A stretch of 23,472 nt of DNA, taken from NCBI GenBank assembly GCA_054661495.1, contig BAAFSQ010000155.1, positions 1-23,472 on the forward strand. The letters are read 5' to 3'. This stretch comes from Zygophlyctis sp. KS116 (Eukaryota > Fungi > Chytridiomycota). The position numbers and the translations under genes are program-made. Below are positions 1 through 11,400 of the stretch, in pieces (position 1 is the stretch's first letter; every line of letters begins with the position of its first letter). Under the pieces are notes generated by a model, which worked only from the letters and a program-made list of their open reading frames with translations, did not search any database and was not told the DNA's origin.

Positions 1-1430
1 CAAAAAAAATATTACCAGCTTCAGCCGACATTTCTGATGATTCAGGAACATGTTCATCCTTTGATTCTTGCAGAACAACAGCATCTTCTATCACATGCGC
101 ATCCGAGATCGATGCTTCTGAAACTATAAATTTAGCAACATTATTATTACCAGCTTCAGCCGACATTTCTGATGTTTCAAGGAAATGCTCATCCTGTAGT
201 GTTTGCAAAACAACAACATCTTCTTTAACATGCGCATCCGAGATCGACGTTTCTAAAACTTAAAAATTAGGAAAACTTCAAGTACCAGTATTAGTCAACA
301 TTTCTGATTGTTCAATGACATTTACATCCTCTGATGTTTTCAGGTCATCTTTTATAACACCCTCCTCTAGAGAATGGGATTGTGCATCCATAATGGATGT
401 TTCTAAAACTTCAAATTTAGCAAAACTCTTCGCAGCAGTTTCAGCTGATATTTCTGACATTTCAAGGACATTTTCATCCTGTGATTTTTGAAGTACAACA
501 GCATCTTCTCTAACATCATTTTCTAGAGATTGCACTGGTGCGTTCGTGATAGAAGTATCCATGACCTTATTACTAGCAGTCTCAGGCACATCCTTCAATT
601 CCGAAGATTCGTGTTCATCTCCTTTCCCTGAAACAACCATAATCTGCTGATCATTAGAATCCATTTGGTTCTCTTGTAATTCTTCTGCATTAATTAGAGC
701 AAGTAGTAGTACCTTTCAATACAGTCTCTTGAACTGATTCATCCGTATCATTTTTTTTAGACTCTACATTTATACCAATTAATTCAACAGATTCCATTAT
801 AGTGGTTGTCTCTTGAAATACTGCTATTTCCTCTTCTGTACTTGTAATACTAGTGTGAACCTCCTTAACCTCTAAAAAATCATTTCGCTGTACGAAAGTT
901 GAAGAATTATTTTCCATTGATGACACAGATGTCACTTCATTTTCTATCAGCTCTGAACTATCCGCTTCATCCAAATCTTTAGCATTAGAAAGATGATTGC
1001 CCTGATTAGATTGTACATTCAAAGTATCCGATGATTTCATGAACTGAGCATTTAAAAAAACTGATCCAGTTTCAAAATCCTTCTTTGAGATTCTAGATCT
1101 CTCAAATTCAACTAATTTCTGATACTGCTGATACATGATCTTATCTCTTAATTTCTCTGCCTCCTGCTTTTCCCGAGCCATGGCTTCCATTCTCGACTTT
1201 TCTTCTTCTGAAAGAATCTTTTTTGCCAATTCAAGTTTACTAAATGCTTCCTTTTCTGCTTGAGCGATCGCCTGTTGCCGCATTTCCTTCATCTTCTCAT
1301 CAGTGCATTCCTTACTCTTCTCAAAGGCCGCAATGGACATGGGATCAGGGACATGCAACGATGCATTAGATTTTCGGGAAATCGTTTTAGATTCAATTAT
1401 GCTATCAGTGGCATCTACTTCTGCAGGCAT
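1..1430 (-). CDS. Gene I (3' end outside window): acidic Glu/Ser-rich protein with an N-terminal coiled-coil stretch and C-terminal ~36-aa tandem repeats; function unknown
   Basis: ORFs 690..1436 and 278..664 join in frame through a 28-nt phase-1 GT-AG intron (gtactact...aatgcag). Further 108-nt exons at 151-258 and 16-123 are separated by 27-nt introns at 259-285 and 124-150. First in-frame ATG is at 1430 (track start is TTG); the true start could be a later ATG such as 1340. Confidence 0.7.
16..520 (-). repeat. Tandem exon+intron repeat in gene I (135-bp period: 108-nt exon + 27-nt intron) plus a diverged copy at ~400-520
   Basis: Exons 16-123 and 151-258 encode VSEASISDAHVIEDAVVLQESKDEHVPESSEMSAEA and VLETSISDAHVKEDVVVLQTLQDEHFLETSEMSAEA. 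A related segment DVREDAVVLQKSQDENVLEMSEISAET..VLETSIMDA lies in the upstream exon. Confidence 0.9.
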
Positions 1431-1450
1431 TTTCAAAATATTGAAAATTT

Positions 1451-3398
1451 TTACGTTCGTGGTTCAATAGCCAACGAAACAGCGTATCCGTGTTCTTCTG
1501 ATAATGGACAGTAATTTGAAATGTAATCAGTCAGCTCAAAATTGATTGTGAAATAGTAGGGTGTATCCTGATAAATCTAATAAATCTAATGAATTTCTTA
1601 ATCTTACCTTTAGTCCAATTACATGTGATGCCATCCTATAAACTTTTTGATAGTTTATAATGCCATTATCTAGAATTGTAGGGCCAGTAGAGTCTAGAAA
1701 TACTATATCACCCTGATATATTCCAAGAAATGGAATTAAAGGAGGTTGAGATACACTGATCTTTTGTCGAAATATTTTATAATTTAAGCTTGTACAAGTG
1801 ATTTCTTCTAAAGATTCTTGAATTTTTATACATTTTGAAGATAATGCCTAATTAAATTAATTAAAAAATTGAAATTACAGCTTTTGTTTTCTTTAATCTA
1901 AAAACAGGGCTCATGTTAAGTCCAGATAAGACATTTGACATCCCTTGAAAATTATTCAATTTCTCTAAATTCTAATCTTAATGTTTTTATAAAGTACCAG
2001 AGATAAATAAATCATAAATTCCATAACTTCAACTCGTTCTTTGAGAGTTTTTCTTGTCAAGATCTCTGATGAGACCCAATAAGAAACATGATTACTCCAT
2101 TGTATAAACTGTGTCATTCCAAGGGATGAGTACTTTTTATCTTTTTTCATCCAATTTAATTCTAAAAATTCACGAAGATTAATTGAAGAAAAGAATTTGA
2201 AATCTAACAATGTTAATTGCTTTGCAATTTCTTCTGGGCTAGAGTCTAAAAGTACATCATTTTTCTTCTTTTTTAAAGAGACTACTCTCTTTAAAAGATC
2301 TAATTTTGTAGATTCAAGAGGTGCTGAAATTGACATTGATCGAGAATCTCGTTTTGAGCCTGTCATCTATTCGATAAAAAGAAAACACTTTTACCCTTTT
2401 TTTAATTAGCCGAAGAATCATTTGTGACATTCCTGAAACTGAACCTGTTGTGTTAGTGTTTAAATTCTCTAATTGTGCACATAATTTCCCAATTAAACTA
2501 GAATCCGTTTCAAAATCTATGAAATAGTTATCAATCCAATACTTTAAAATATTAATAAGCCGTGAAATCTTTAAAATATCATTAGAATCCTTTTCTTGAT
2601 TTAGCCTAGAAAGAATCAACTTCAAAAATATTTTTGACTCCATAAACATACGAAAACTAAATACAAATATTTGTAAAAATCTTGTATCTGATGATGTGGG
2701 ATCTACTAAATAATCTACTAATTTCTGAATACTCCCAGTTTTGACAAATTTTTCTGATCCATCAATTACAAAACTTAACTCTTCCTCTGTCCCAGTATGT
2801 AAACTTTCAAAAGAAACTGGAAGAACCGATTTCTTCTCTAATAAGTCTTGATAATAATGCTTTTGAGTTTCTAATTCCAACTCTAAATTTCGTATTTTTT
2901 CATTAGAATTAGCTAAATTATCTCTTGTATCTTTCAATTCTAGATTTAGACTATCGATAACTTCTTGTTCTTTTTTGAATGATGCAGATTGTATACTTGT
3001 CTTGAGATTTTGATTATATAAATCTAAAAGTTTATGATATTTCTTTGATAGATCATCATATTTAGATTTCAGTTCCTATTATTCAACAAGAATCCTCTTA
3101 CAGCATAATCCTTTTTTATCGGGTCTTGTTGATCATTATTCAAAACTAAATTTCGTAGAGCATCATTCATCCTTTTCTGCAATGAGAAATCTAGTTTTTC
3201 TAATTCGATGTTCCTCTGTTTTAAAATTCCATATTTCTGTTGCAGATCAAACAATTCCCCAGCCAATGTAAATATCTGTTCCTGCCAGTTATTGACTCTT
3301 TCTTCCAATTCTTCTAGCGGTGCTTGCGATATTTCATACATTGAAGGGAATGATTCCAGGCCTAGCAGGCACTTGAGCGCATGGTCAGGATTCGACAT
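1451..3398 (-). CDS. Gene H: RasGEF (N-terminal coiled coil + REM + CDC25 domain); the most canonical copy in the array
   Basis: Hand-spliced through 5 short introns from ATG 3398 (MSNPDHALK) to TAA 1451. REM motifs VKTGSIQKLVDYL, FLQIFVFSFRMF, RLINILKYWIDNYFIDFE. CDC25 motifs PEEIAKQLTLLDF, WVSSEIL, LNNFQG..VLSGLNMSPVFRLKKT, NYKIFR, PPLIPFLGIYQGDIVFLD, INYQK and C-terminal SLAIEPRT*. Confidence 0.92.
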
Positions 3399-3474
3399 TT
3401 TGGACTTAACAAGCGCCCAGTACTTAAACGCAAACAATACTAGACACTCTCGACAGTCTGAAAGAGAATCATTT

Positions 3475-5810
3475 TTATTTCTGAATGCAATACGATGTTA
3501 CTTCAGCAGACATATGATCTATCATGCGAGGATATTTTATGATATGATCTTGGATTTTGGTGTCTGGATTGAAATTGTATCCAATGGATTGCCATTTATG
3601 AAGGTTTTGTATAATGAATGAGACTTTAATCATTCTTTCAACGTTTATCCAGATATGATCATTTCTAATTGATAGTAGATTTAAAGGATCCAATTGATCA
3701 GAGTTATGAGCGTATTTAATTCCAATTTGATCTAATTTTACAAATACAGGAATCAAGGGAGGAGGAGAAGATGATATTCTTTGATTTAAAAAGGATTGAT
3801 TATCTCTATATAAAAGATCTCGAAGTTGATATAAAGTGGATTTTGATTCTCTAGAGAGTTTCTATAATTAGTAAAATTTAATTACATCAAAGGTTTTAGT
3901 GAGTCGATATATGGGTTTGTAAAAAAGTGCGTCAATAATAGATTTAAGTCCGCAAAAGTTATTTAGATTCATCAACTCCTAAATATAAGTAAGATTTTAG
4001 AATTTACTTTTCCAGTTTGAATGAGATGTTTTATAGTAGATGCACGTAACTTGTCATCTTTAATGTTTAAAATTTCTGATATAATCCACCAGCTTAACCG
4101 ATCCGACCATTTGATGATTTTAGGTATTTCAGAGTTTAGAAAATCTCTAGGAGAAGTTTGCTTGAAATATTTAAAATCTAACAAGGATATTTGTCTGGCT
4201 AATTCTTTTGCATCAAAGTCTATAATTCTCAAGATTTTAGATTTTGTATTTTGAGGATCTGGAAGACCAATAGAGGGATTGGATAGGTTTTTAGGTTCGG
4301 TTTGAATCTAAGATATTTAGAGTGTTCAAGTTACTTTTTCAAGACGTTTGGTCAATGTCTTTAATATCAACTGATTTTTACTTGTTGAAATATGATGAGA
4401 GTAAACAAAATCTGTAATCTTTTGTATGTCGTCTTGAAAGTCCGTTGGGAAATAATCAATCCAAAAATCCAAAATATTGACTAAGCAAAAGACTCCAGAG
4501 TCTGGGGCATCAATACCATTTAATTTATGCTTTAGAGTTTCTAGAGTTATATCTAACAAGTCTGATGTTGGTAAAAATAACTGATGATTCAACAAAAATC
4601 CGTATAACAGTCCTAGATCGGTAAACTTGGGCTCAAAAATATGATGAAGCAGTCCTGCTAAAGTTGCAATCTTTAAGGCTTTTTTTCCTTGAATCATGGT
4701 AGATTCGATTTCTTCTGCTCCAAACGCAATTTTCTTTAGATGCGACTCCACTTTCGAATAGATTCGACTCACTGGATTAATCTGCTCGTCATTTTTTGAA
4801 TTGAAAGAAGATTCTTGCTGATTATCTAAATGCACAAATCCGATTGCTAGATTATCATCGCTTTTGTTAGTTTTTTCAGATTTGGTTTCAAATGCTGAAA
4901 CGACAGCATCATAAACTTGACCAGCCCAGGTTGTCCCAATTTTTTCAGTTTGTGAAAACGTCGTTTTTCTTCAGCCAAAGAGCTGATAAAATCACCAGAC
5001 CCACGTGTTTCGTCTTTAGAATTGACATAATTTTCCAAAGCTTCTATATATTCTGGATAAAATCCCAATTCAGCGGGAATATTATTCGCACTTTCGGCTT
5101 TATCTAATGAATCTTTGAGAATTTCTTGAAACTTATAGATCAGCAGAATTAAGAATATCAGTGTTATTTCTTCCAGTAGCATGCTCACTAGATATTACCT
5201 GATCAGATATTTCAGATTGATCATATATGACCGCATTGGAAGACTCATGCGGTTGAAGAGTTTCATGCTGTGATTGCACCATTTGAGAATCATAAGGTCC
5301 CAGAAAATTGTCAGGGCCAATTAGCTGGACAATTCCACTGCCATCATCTGTTAGAAAACTCTGATTTCTTGGCGGAGCTTTGGTCTGGTTTGAATTGATG
5401 TACAATCTATTGTCAAACGTATCCATAATAGGCATGATTCTATTATTATCGAATGGCTTTGATAAAGAGCTTCTCAAGGTTTCCCTGAGTTTTGATTTTC
5501 TCTGTCTGTTTTTGGGATTATCGTTTCCAGTGTCCGAATTACCCGAATCGAGCATGTTATACTTGAACAAAAATGGAGTCTTTTCAGTTATATTATCAGC
5601 TTGCTTTTGTTGCCTTTGGGAACTTCCCCTATTATGGGGGAGCTGAAGTAAGCTGGACCGCTCTAGATCCAATTCATAGTTCTTATCGATAGTTCTTGGT
5701 ATATCTTGATCATTGAACTTTGCATCAATGATTGTTTCTTTGCCTACCAAGGCATTCACTTGATTAAAATCTGCATGAACCATCTGATCGAAAGATGTTG
5801 ATTTCCTCAT
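3475..5810 (-). CDS. Gene G: divergent RasGEF (long low-complexity N-terminus + REM + degenerate CDC25 domain); the 5' part has two unresolved frame breaks
   Basis: 4835->3475 splices cleanly through 3 short introns, with motifs LKIATLAGLLHHI, LVNILDFWIDYFPTDF, DAKELARQISLLDF, LNNFCG...PIYRLTKTF, PPLIPVF, WINVERM. Joining upstream ORFs 5133..5882 and 4847..5188 needs longer (44-67 nt) introns or frameshifts. Start is ATG 5810 or 5882. Confidence 0.7.
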
Positions 5811-5878
5811 GTAATTATTTAATTTCTTTTGTTTACTTGTTAAAAGTGGCACATCGCCACTAAAATCGCATCGAAGAA

Positions 5879-6874
5879 TCATATTTTATTGTGTGTAAAT
5901 ATCTTTTCTCTTTGCATTATTTTAGCTTGCATTAGCTTTCTTAGAGCATCTCTTTTCTCTCTTAATATGCTTTCCTGGAGTTCTAATTTAGAATTATCTT
6001 CATCCCAAACATTCTTGATAGCTTTAAGCTCACTTTCTACATTCTTTAATCGATGATTTAGATTTAGATTTTCCCGTTTTTCAGCTTCTAATTGTAATGC
6101 AGAAGTTGACCGAAATTCTTTAAACTCTTTCTTCGAGTTATGGAGCTCTAAAGATAGAGCTTTAACTTGATTATCAAGAAATACAATCTGGGAAAGTTTG
6201 GAATCATAGTTTTGATTGTGTGTTTGAAGAATATCTGATGTTGGATCATGATGGCGTTTCTTCTGATCTTGCATGTTCTTCATACATTGCAAACAAGGAC
6301 TTGAAATTTGACATTTCAATTCGATCTCCTTTTGATGTAACTCTGTAATTTCAAGTTTAAGATTATTGATAACTTGTTCAAGATCCTTCCTTTCTTGTGA
6401 AATTGGTATTTTCTCTGGTTGTTTTGTAGTGTATTCATTTCCAGCTTTTGTAGTGACTTGTTCTGTTTGTAATTCTTTTTTTCCTCCATGATCGTTTACT
6501 TTGCAGTCTTTGAGTCTTTCATCTGTAAAGTCCGAACCCCGTTCAATATAAGAGGGAAATTCTTCAGTTGAATCTCCAATAAGCATATTAGCAGTAGCCT
6601 TTATGATTGATTTCTTTTTAATATTGGGGATATCCTTCAAGTCCGATTGATCAAATGCATAATTTATGGCATTGTATACTTCCTGGTATATATTCTCTTT
6701 TCTTAGTTCCTGAGATCCGCCTAGGAACTTTATGATTCCTCTATATTCTTCTAGATTTAGATTATAGTTGTCATCAACTAGAGAGCTAGAACTCTGAGAT
6801 TTCTCTGCTTTGGATGCGCTTGCAGATCTGTAATGTGATTTGTCTTGTTGTTTGAAATCGTTATGATTCTTCAT
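5879..6874 (-). CDS. Gene F: apparently intronless ~331-aa protein with C-terminal coiled coil; function unknown
   Basis: Single long ORF, first ATG at 6874 (track starts at an upstream TTG). Heptad-like E/K/L-rich C-terminal half (DLEQVINNLKLEITELHQKEIEL; QVKALSLELHNSKKEF). No recognisable domain. Confidence 0.75.
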   Translation of the reverse strand: MKNHNDFKQQDKSHYRSASASKAEKSQSSSSLVDDNYNLNLEEYRGIIKFLGGSQELRKENIYQEVYNAINYAFDQSDLKDIPNIKKKSIIKATANMLIGDSTEEFPSYIERGSDFTDERLKDCKVNDHGGKKELQTEQVTTKAGNEYTTKQPEKIPISQERKDLEQVINNLKLEITELHQKEIELKCQISSPCLQCMKNMQDQKKRHHDPTSDILQTHNQNYDSKLSQIVFLDNQVKALSLELHNSKKEFKEFRSTSALQLEAEKRENLNLNHRLKNVESELKAIKNVWDEDNSKLELQESILREKRDALRKLMQAKIMQREKIFTHNKI

Positions 6875-6880
6875 CGTAGT

Positions 6881-6900
6881 CAAACGACGCAAACAAACAA
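6881..6900 (-). promoter_or_regulatory. Putative start-proximal motif TTGTTTGTTTGCGTCGTTTG upstream of gene F
   Basis: Ends 6 nt before ATG 6874 and matches the gene E upstream motif, although E and F are not visibly homologous. Confidence 0.5.
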
Positions 6901-6987
6901 ATCATTTCCCACTGGCAGGATTCAAATCAATCAAAGTCTAACAAAAATTCTAACTTATTTTAATCTGATGATGATATATTATTCATA

Positions 6988-8456
6988 TTAAGGCTCCAAT
7001 ATAGCAGAAGCCTCATCGGCCTCTTTTGAAGTGAGCCGTGGATATGTCTTTATGTGATCTTGTATTTCATCAACAGCTTCAAAATGAAATCTTGCTTTCT
7101 GGTAATTTTGTATCCCCTTGATAACAAATGCAACTCCAACCATCTTCTCCACATTTATCCATGTTTCACCTTTTCTTTCTGCTACTAAAGCTCCTGATTT
7201 ATCGTGCGATGCCAAATCCTTGTAATATAATTCAGGATATGGAATTAGAGGTGGATTTAAAGTTTTGATTTTTTCCCTTAATTTTTGATAATCGTCTTTA
7301 TCCGCTACTAGTGATTTGAGTTCATCTAAAGTATCCCTTGATTTTTTAGATAAAAGATTAAATGTTTTTCGTAGTCTAGTGATGCAAGGAGCGAATATCA
7401 CACCCAAAATCATTCTCATAGAATTAAAATTCTTGATTTTGACTAATTCCTTTGATTTAAATTGAAAATTTAAATTACATTTGCTGCAGAAATTATTCGC
7501 TCTATGGTTGCTACTCGAAATTTAACATCATTCACAGTAAGAATTTCAGATATGAGCCAATTTGAGACTGAAGTAGACCATAAAGCCAACTTACAAATGT
7601 TGGGACACAGACTCAATTTTTCCTTCTTTTTCCAATTAGAATCCAAGTATTCTCTCGCTTCAATAGCTTGAAAATATTGAAAATCCATTAGTGATAACTG
7701 CCTAGCTAATTCTATATCATCAAAATCCAATAAAACAAAACGAGATCCCCCTGGAGCTGTTGCAAATGCTTCAGGTTGTGAAGATTTGATAGTAGCTGTT
7801 GGTTTCCAAGATTTTGGAGGATTAATGACAATCATTTTTTTAACTAGAGTATCCGATTTAAGCTGTAATGTAAAAAAAATAGGATTACCTTCTGTTTAAC
7901 TGAATCCGCTAATACCACAAACAAGCCATTAGCTCTAAAATCTTGCGATTGTAAGTTAAAGAATTCTGTAATGAAATCAACACTTTTCGAATCACTTTTA
8001 ATATCCCCAAAGAAGTTATCGATCCAGAATTTTAGGACATTTGCAACTCTTTCATTAATCAGACTAATGTTACCTAAATACTTCTGCTTTAGCATGCTCA
8101 GTATGATCTTCAGCTCTCTCTTTCCATTTTTCCAATAATATCTCTAACAAGTTCCAGCTTTTAATGAATGCCACATGATGAAGCAAAAAGGCATAAATAA
8201 ATCCCAAATCATTCATTTTCACATCGATCAAATAATTTAATATTGCATGTACAGATCCACATTTGAGAGTTTTATTAGGCCCAGTTATAACAAATAAAAG
8301 TCCATTGTCTTCTATTTCTGTTGAAATCTCCTTCTTGGCTGATGCCGGTTGTTTTACTTGTGATCCTGGGACTGCACTCACTGCAGATTCAGTCTTTTTT
8401 CCAGAAATGATTCTCTTAAAGATCTTTAGAGCACTGCTGATTTTCGGCAATTTCAT
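6988..8456 (-). CDS. Gene E: compact RasGEF (REM + CDC25 domain)
   Basis: Four exons joined in frame by 3 short GT-AG introns. Motifs LKCGSVHAILNYL, RVANVLKFWIDNFFGD, DDIELARQLSLMDF, WLISEIL, KNFNSM...ITRLRKTF, YQKLRE..PPLIPY, WINVEKM, ending SAILEP*. Confidence 0.92.
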
Positions 8457-8467
8457 TATAATCTATA

Positions 8468-8489
8468 AACAAACGCCGCAAACAAACAA
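8468..8489 (-). promoter_or_regulatory. Putative start-proximal motif TTGTTTGTTTGCGGCGTTTG upstream of gene E
   Basis: 19/20 identical to the sequence upstream of gene F and fills most of a 34-bp intergenic gap. Function is inferred only. Confidence 0.5.
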
Positions 8490-8490
8490 T

Positions 8491-11400
8491 TTATTGATTT
8501 AACATTTCTAATCGGACAGCAGTATCTTCGGCCTCCTTGGGCATTAGCACAGGATATTTAAGAATATGTTCTTGGATCGATTGCACTTGCTGGAATTGAT
8601 AATCGCAAGCTTGGAATTTTTGGATATCCAGTACCGTTTTAGCAACGCCCACCAGTTTTTCTATATTGATCCATTTAGTTTGACTATCCTCTTCAGCAGT
8701 GATCAGATCGCCGAGTGAATCGAAAAATCCAAGGTCAGAATAATATAAAGGTAATAGTGGCATGAGTGGGACTGACGAAGAAGAGAGACGGTTGCGTAGA
8801 TTTGAATATCCAAAATCTTGAGACATGAGCTTCTTTAAATCTTCAAGATATAATTTAGAGCCATCTGAAAGACCCTGTTTGTAAGATCAATCGTACTTAC
8901 ATTTTTGGTCTTTTGGAGATAATTTGCTGCATTATTATTCAAAACAGCCTTTAAAATATGTCTAATACCATTAAAATTATTCATGGAATCAAGATGCTAT
9001 AATTTAAGAGATAAAATATTACTCTAGCAGTTGCGATGATATGTTCAACGGTTGCTATTCTAAACGCCAAGTCAGAAACAAGAACAATCTCTGAAACCAG
9101 CCACTGAACAATATGATTAGCCAATTGTACAAGTTTGCAAACGTTAGGAGCATTAAAAAGTTTCTCAGTCTTTGACCAGTTACCATCAATCAATTCTCTG
9201 GGATTGATTTGTTGAAAAAATGCAAAATCCATCAATGTTAACTGTCTAGCTAATTCTTCTGGCTCAAAATCTAACAGAACAAACTTTGAAGGGGACCTTT
9301 CTATAAACGCCCCTTTGTGTTTTTTCTTGAAAGTTGCGACAGGAAGAAACGGTGACGGACAATTTACTAGTGTTTGAATTTTAACTGTTTCGTCATTAAC
9401 CAAAATCTGCTGATTATTTTTGATAAACATTACCTTTTCTTTGATGATTCCTGTTATGTTATTGACTTTTGTTGGATCGGAGGATGTTGATTCCCGATTA
9501 ACATAATTTGTTATAAGACTCAAAACTTTTGGTTCATCTCTAAAGTCGAAGAAAAAATTTTGAAGCCATATTTCCAATACTTTAGACACCCTTTTAATCA
9601 TTCTGTTACTAAAATACCGTTCGCTCTCTTTGACAGCCTCTTCGCCATCTTCTCCATTTTTATCTCTCCATCTCATTAATAGAGCTTCAAGTAATTCATC
9701 ACTAGGTATAAACAAGCGGTGATGAAGAAATAACCCAAATGCTATTGAAGAATACTCGGTGTTCTGTAAATCAACAATGTGTTTTAAAAGAAATGGAATA
9801 GTTGATGATATCAGTGTATTTCGACCATTTTTGACAAAGAATTTCATTGATTTGGATATTTTTTGCAATATTACTCCTTCTGGAATATTAAGACGCTTTA
9901 CAGACTCCTTTTTTAAATGTACTATGATTTTTAGGAGGTCCTTTTTTTCAGCTTTTAATTTTTCGTCGAAATCTGATTGCTTTTCCTTTAATTTGGTTCT
10001 TAGAAAATCATTATCTCTTTTAGAGATAGCCAGTTCCTCTTCCACCACATTGAGCTTCTGCTTAAGTTCCTAAAAATTACAAAATATTCAAATACATCAA
10101 TTTTTCCATGGAACTTAACTTTAATATCATCCATTCTTTCCGAAGCTTGCTGATAAAACTGCTCCTTTATATAAATAAACACTCAATTTATACCTGTGCT
10201 TTAGATTCTGGATGAAAGTTCGATTCTGATAACGTCTTTGTCAATTTTTTTTCATCAGCAAATGAGCTCAAATCAACAATACTTCGACTGTTTTGATTCA
10301 AAAATAATCCCTTTGGCATAAAGAATGCCGCTTTATAAGGAATCCCTTCATCTTTGGCTACTTGAGTCTTTAATTTCTTGATATAGTTCCGAATGATGGG
10401 AACGATGTTAAAAACATATGACACTTTTTGATAATTCTATTGGTGAGTATCCTTAGTTTCCGTACCTTAATTTCTAAAATGGGAACTGCAGATAGCTGAA
10501 GGGCGTAAAACTGAATTATTCCTTCTTTTTGCTGAAGACTAGCGCAGGAATTCAAATACAAAAGCTGACCCTGATACATTTCTATTGGTGGAATCAGTGG
10601 CCCCTTTGATTGTGCTATCCTATCACGCAAGTACTTATAATCTTCCTCTGGGGAAAGAAGATTTTTCATATTTTCCAGTACTTTCAAGTGATGTTTTTCT
10701 TTTTTTATCTTTGAGACCAAATGAGAATCAAAAATTAACGAAAAAATGTACATTGATGAAAAATTATTTAACTGCTCTAGATTCTAACTATTAAAATTTG
10801 CCAACTCACCTCTACTATACCAAGCATCAGCTCAAAAGCTTGAAGCCGTAGTTTATCATCTTTAAATGATGATAATTCAGAAATGAGAAAATTAGAAAGA
10901 CTTTTTTTCCATTTTTCGTATGCAGAAATACTTGGGGAAGCATTTTCGTCATCGACACGCCAATATTGATTAAGAAGCTCTCTAGCTGAAATAGCACCAA
11001 ATAACTCGAATTCGATTAATGTCAGTTGTCGGGCGAATTCCAGAGGGTTGAATGATAAGAGCACATTTGTCGTAACAGGTTTTGGAATGATTGCATTTGG
11101 AGGCTTTGGAGGAATTTCATCTAATGATTCTTGTGATTTGTTTAGCTAAAATAAATTTAAGACAAGCAAATACCTTATTTTCCAGCAATTTTTTTAAAGT
11201 TTGTAGGATGTTATTAAATCCCTTTGTTTTAGCATGCTCTGATAAAAATGCATCTAGTGTAGCGAGTAGCATATCATTTTTATCAAAATCATCAAAATGA
11301 TTATCTAACCAGTATTTTAGAGAATTCCCAATGCTTCAAATTAAAATATTTCAAATTACCGTAATACATTATGATCGCCCCCTTCAAACCTATTTTTGAT

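Noticed and set aside
16-285. CRISPR-like or mobile-element repeats at the window ends and the 640-bp repeat as LTRs
   Set aside because: The repeats are coding exon+intron units or internal GEF exons. I saw no spacers, cas, transposase or reverse transcriptase sequence, TG..CA ends or target-site duplications.
1420-1455. Splice or readthrough fusion of gene H to gene I
   Set aside because: The donor AC|gtaaaa joins the nearby AGs out of frame, and readthrough of the TAA meets another stop six codons later.
3440-3505. Splice fusion of G to H (and likewise D to E at 8457-8510)
   Set aside because: The donor/acceptor pairs I tested give stops or the wrong frame, and both downstream genes have their own start-proximal motif.
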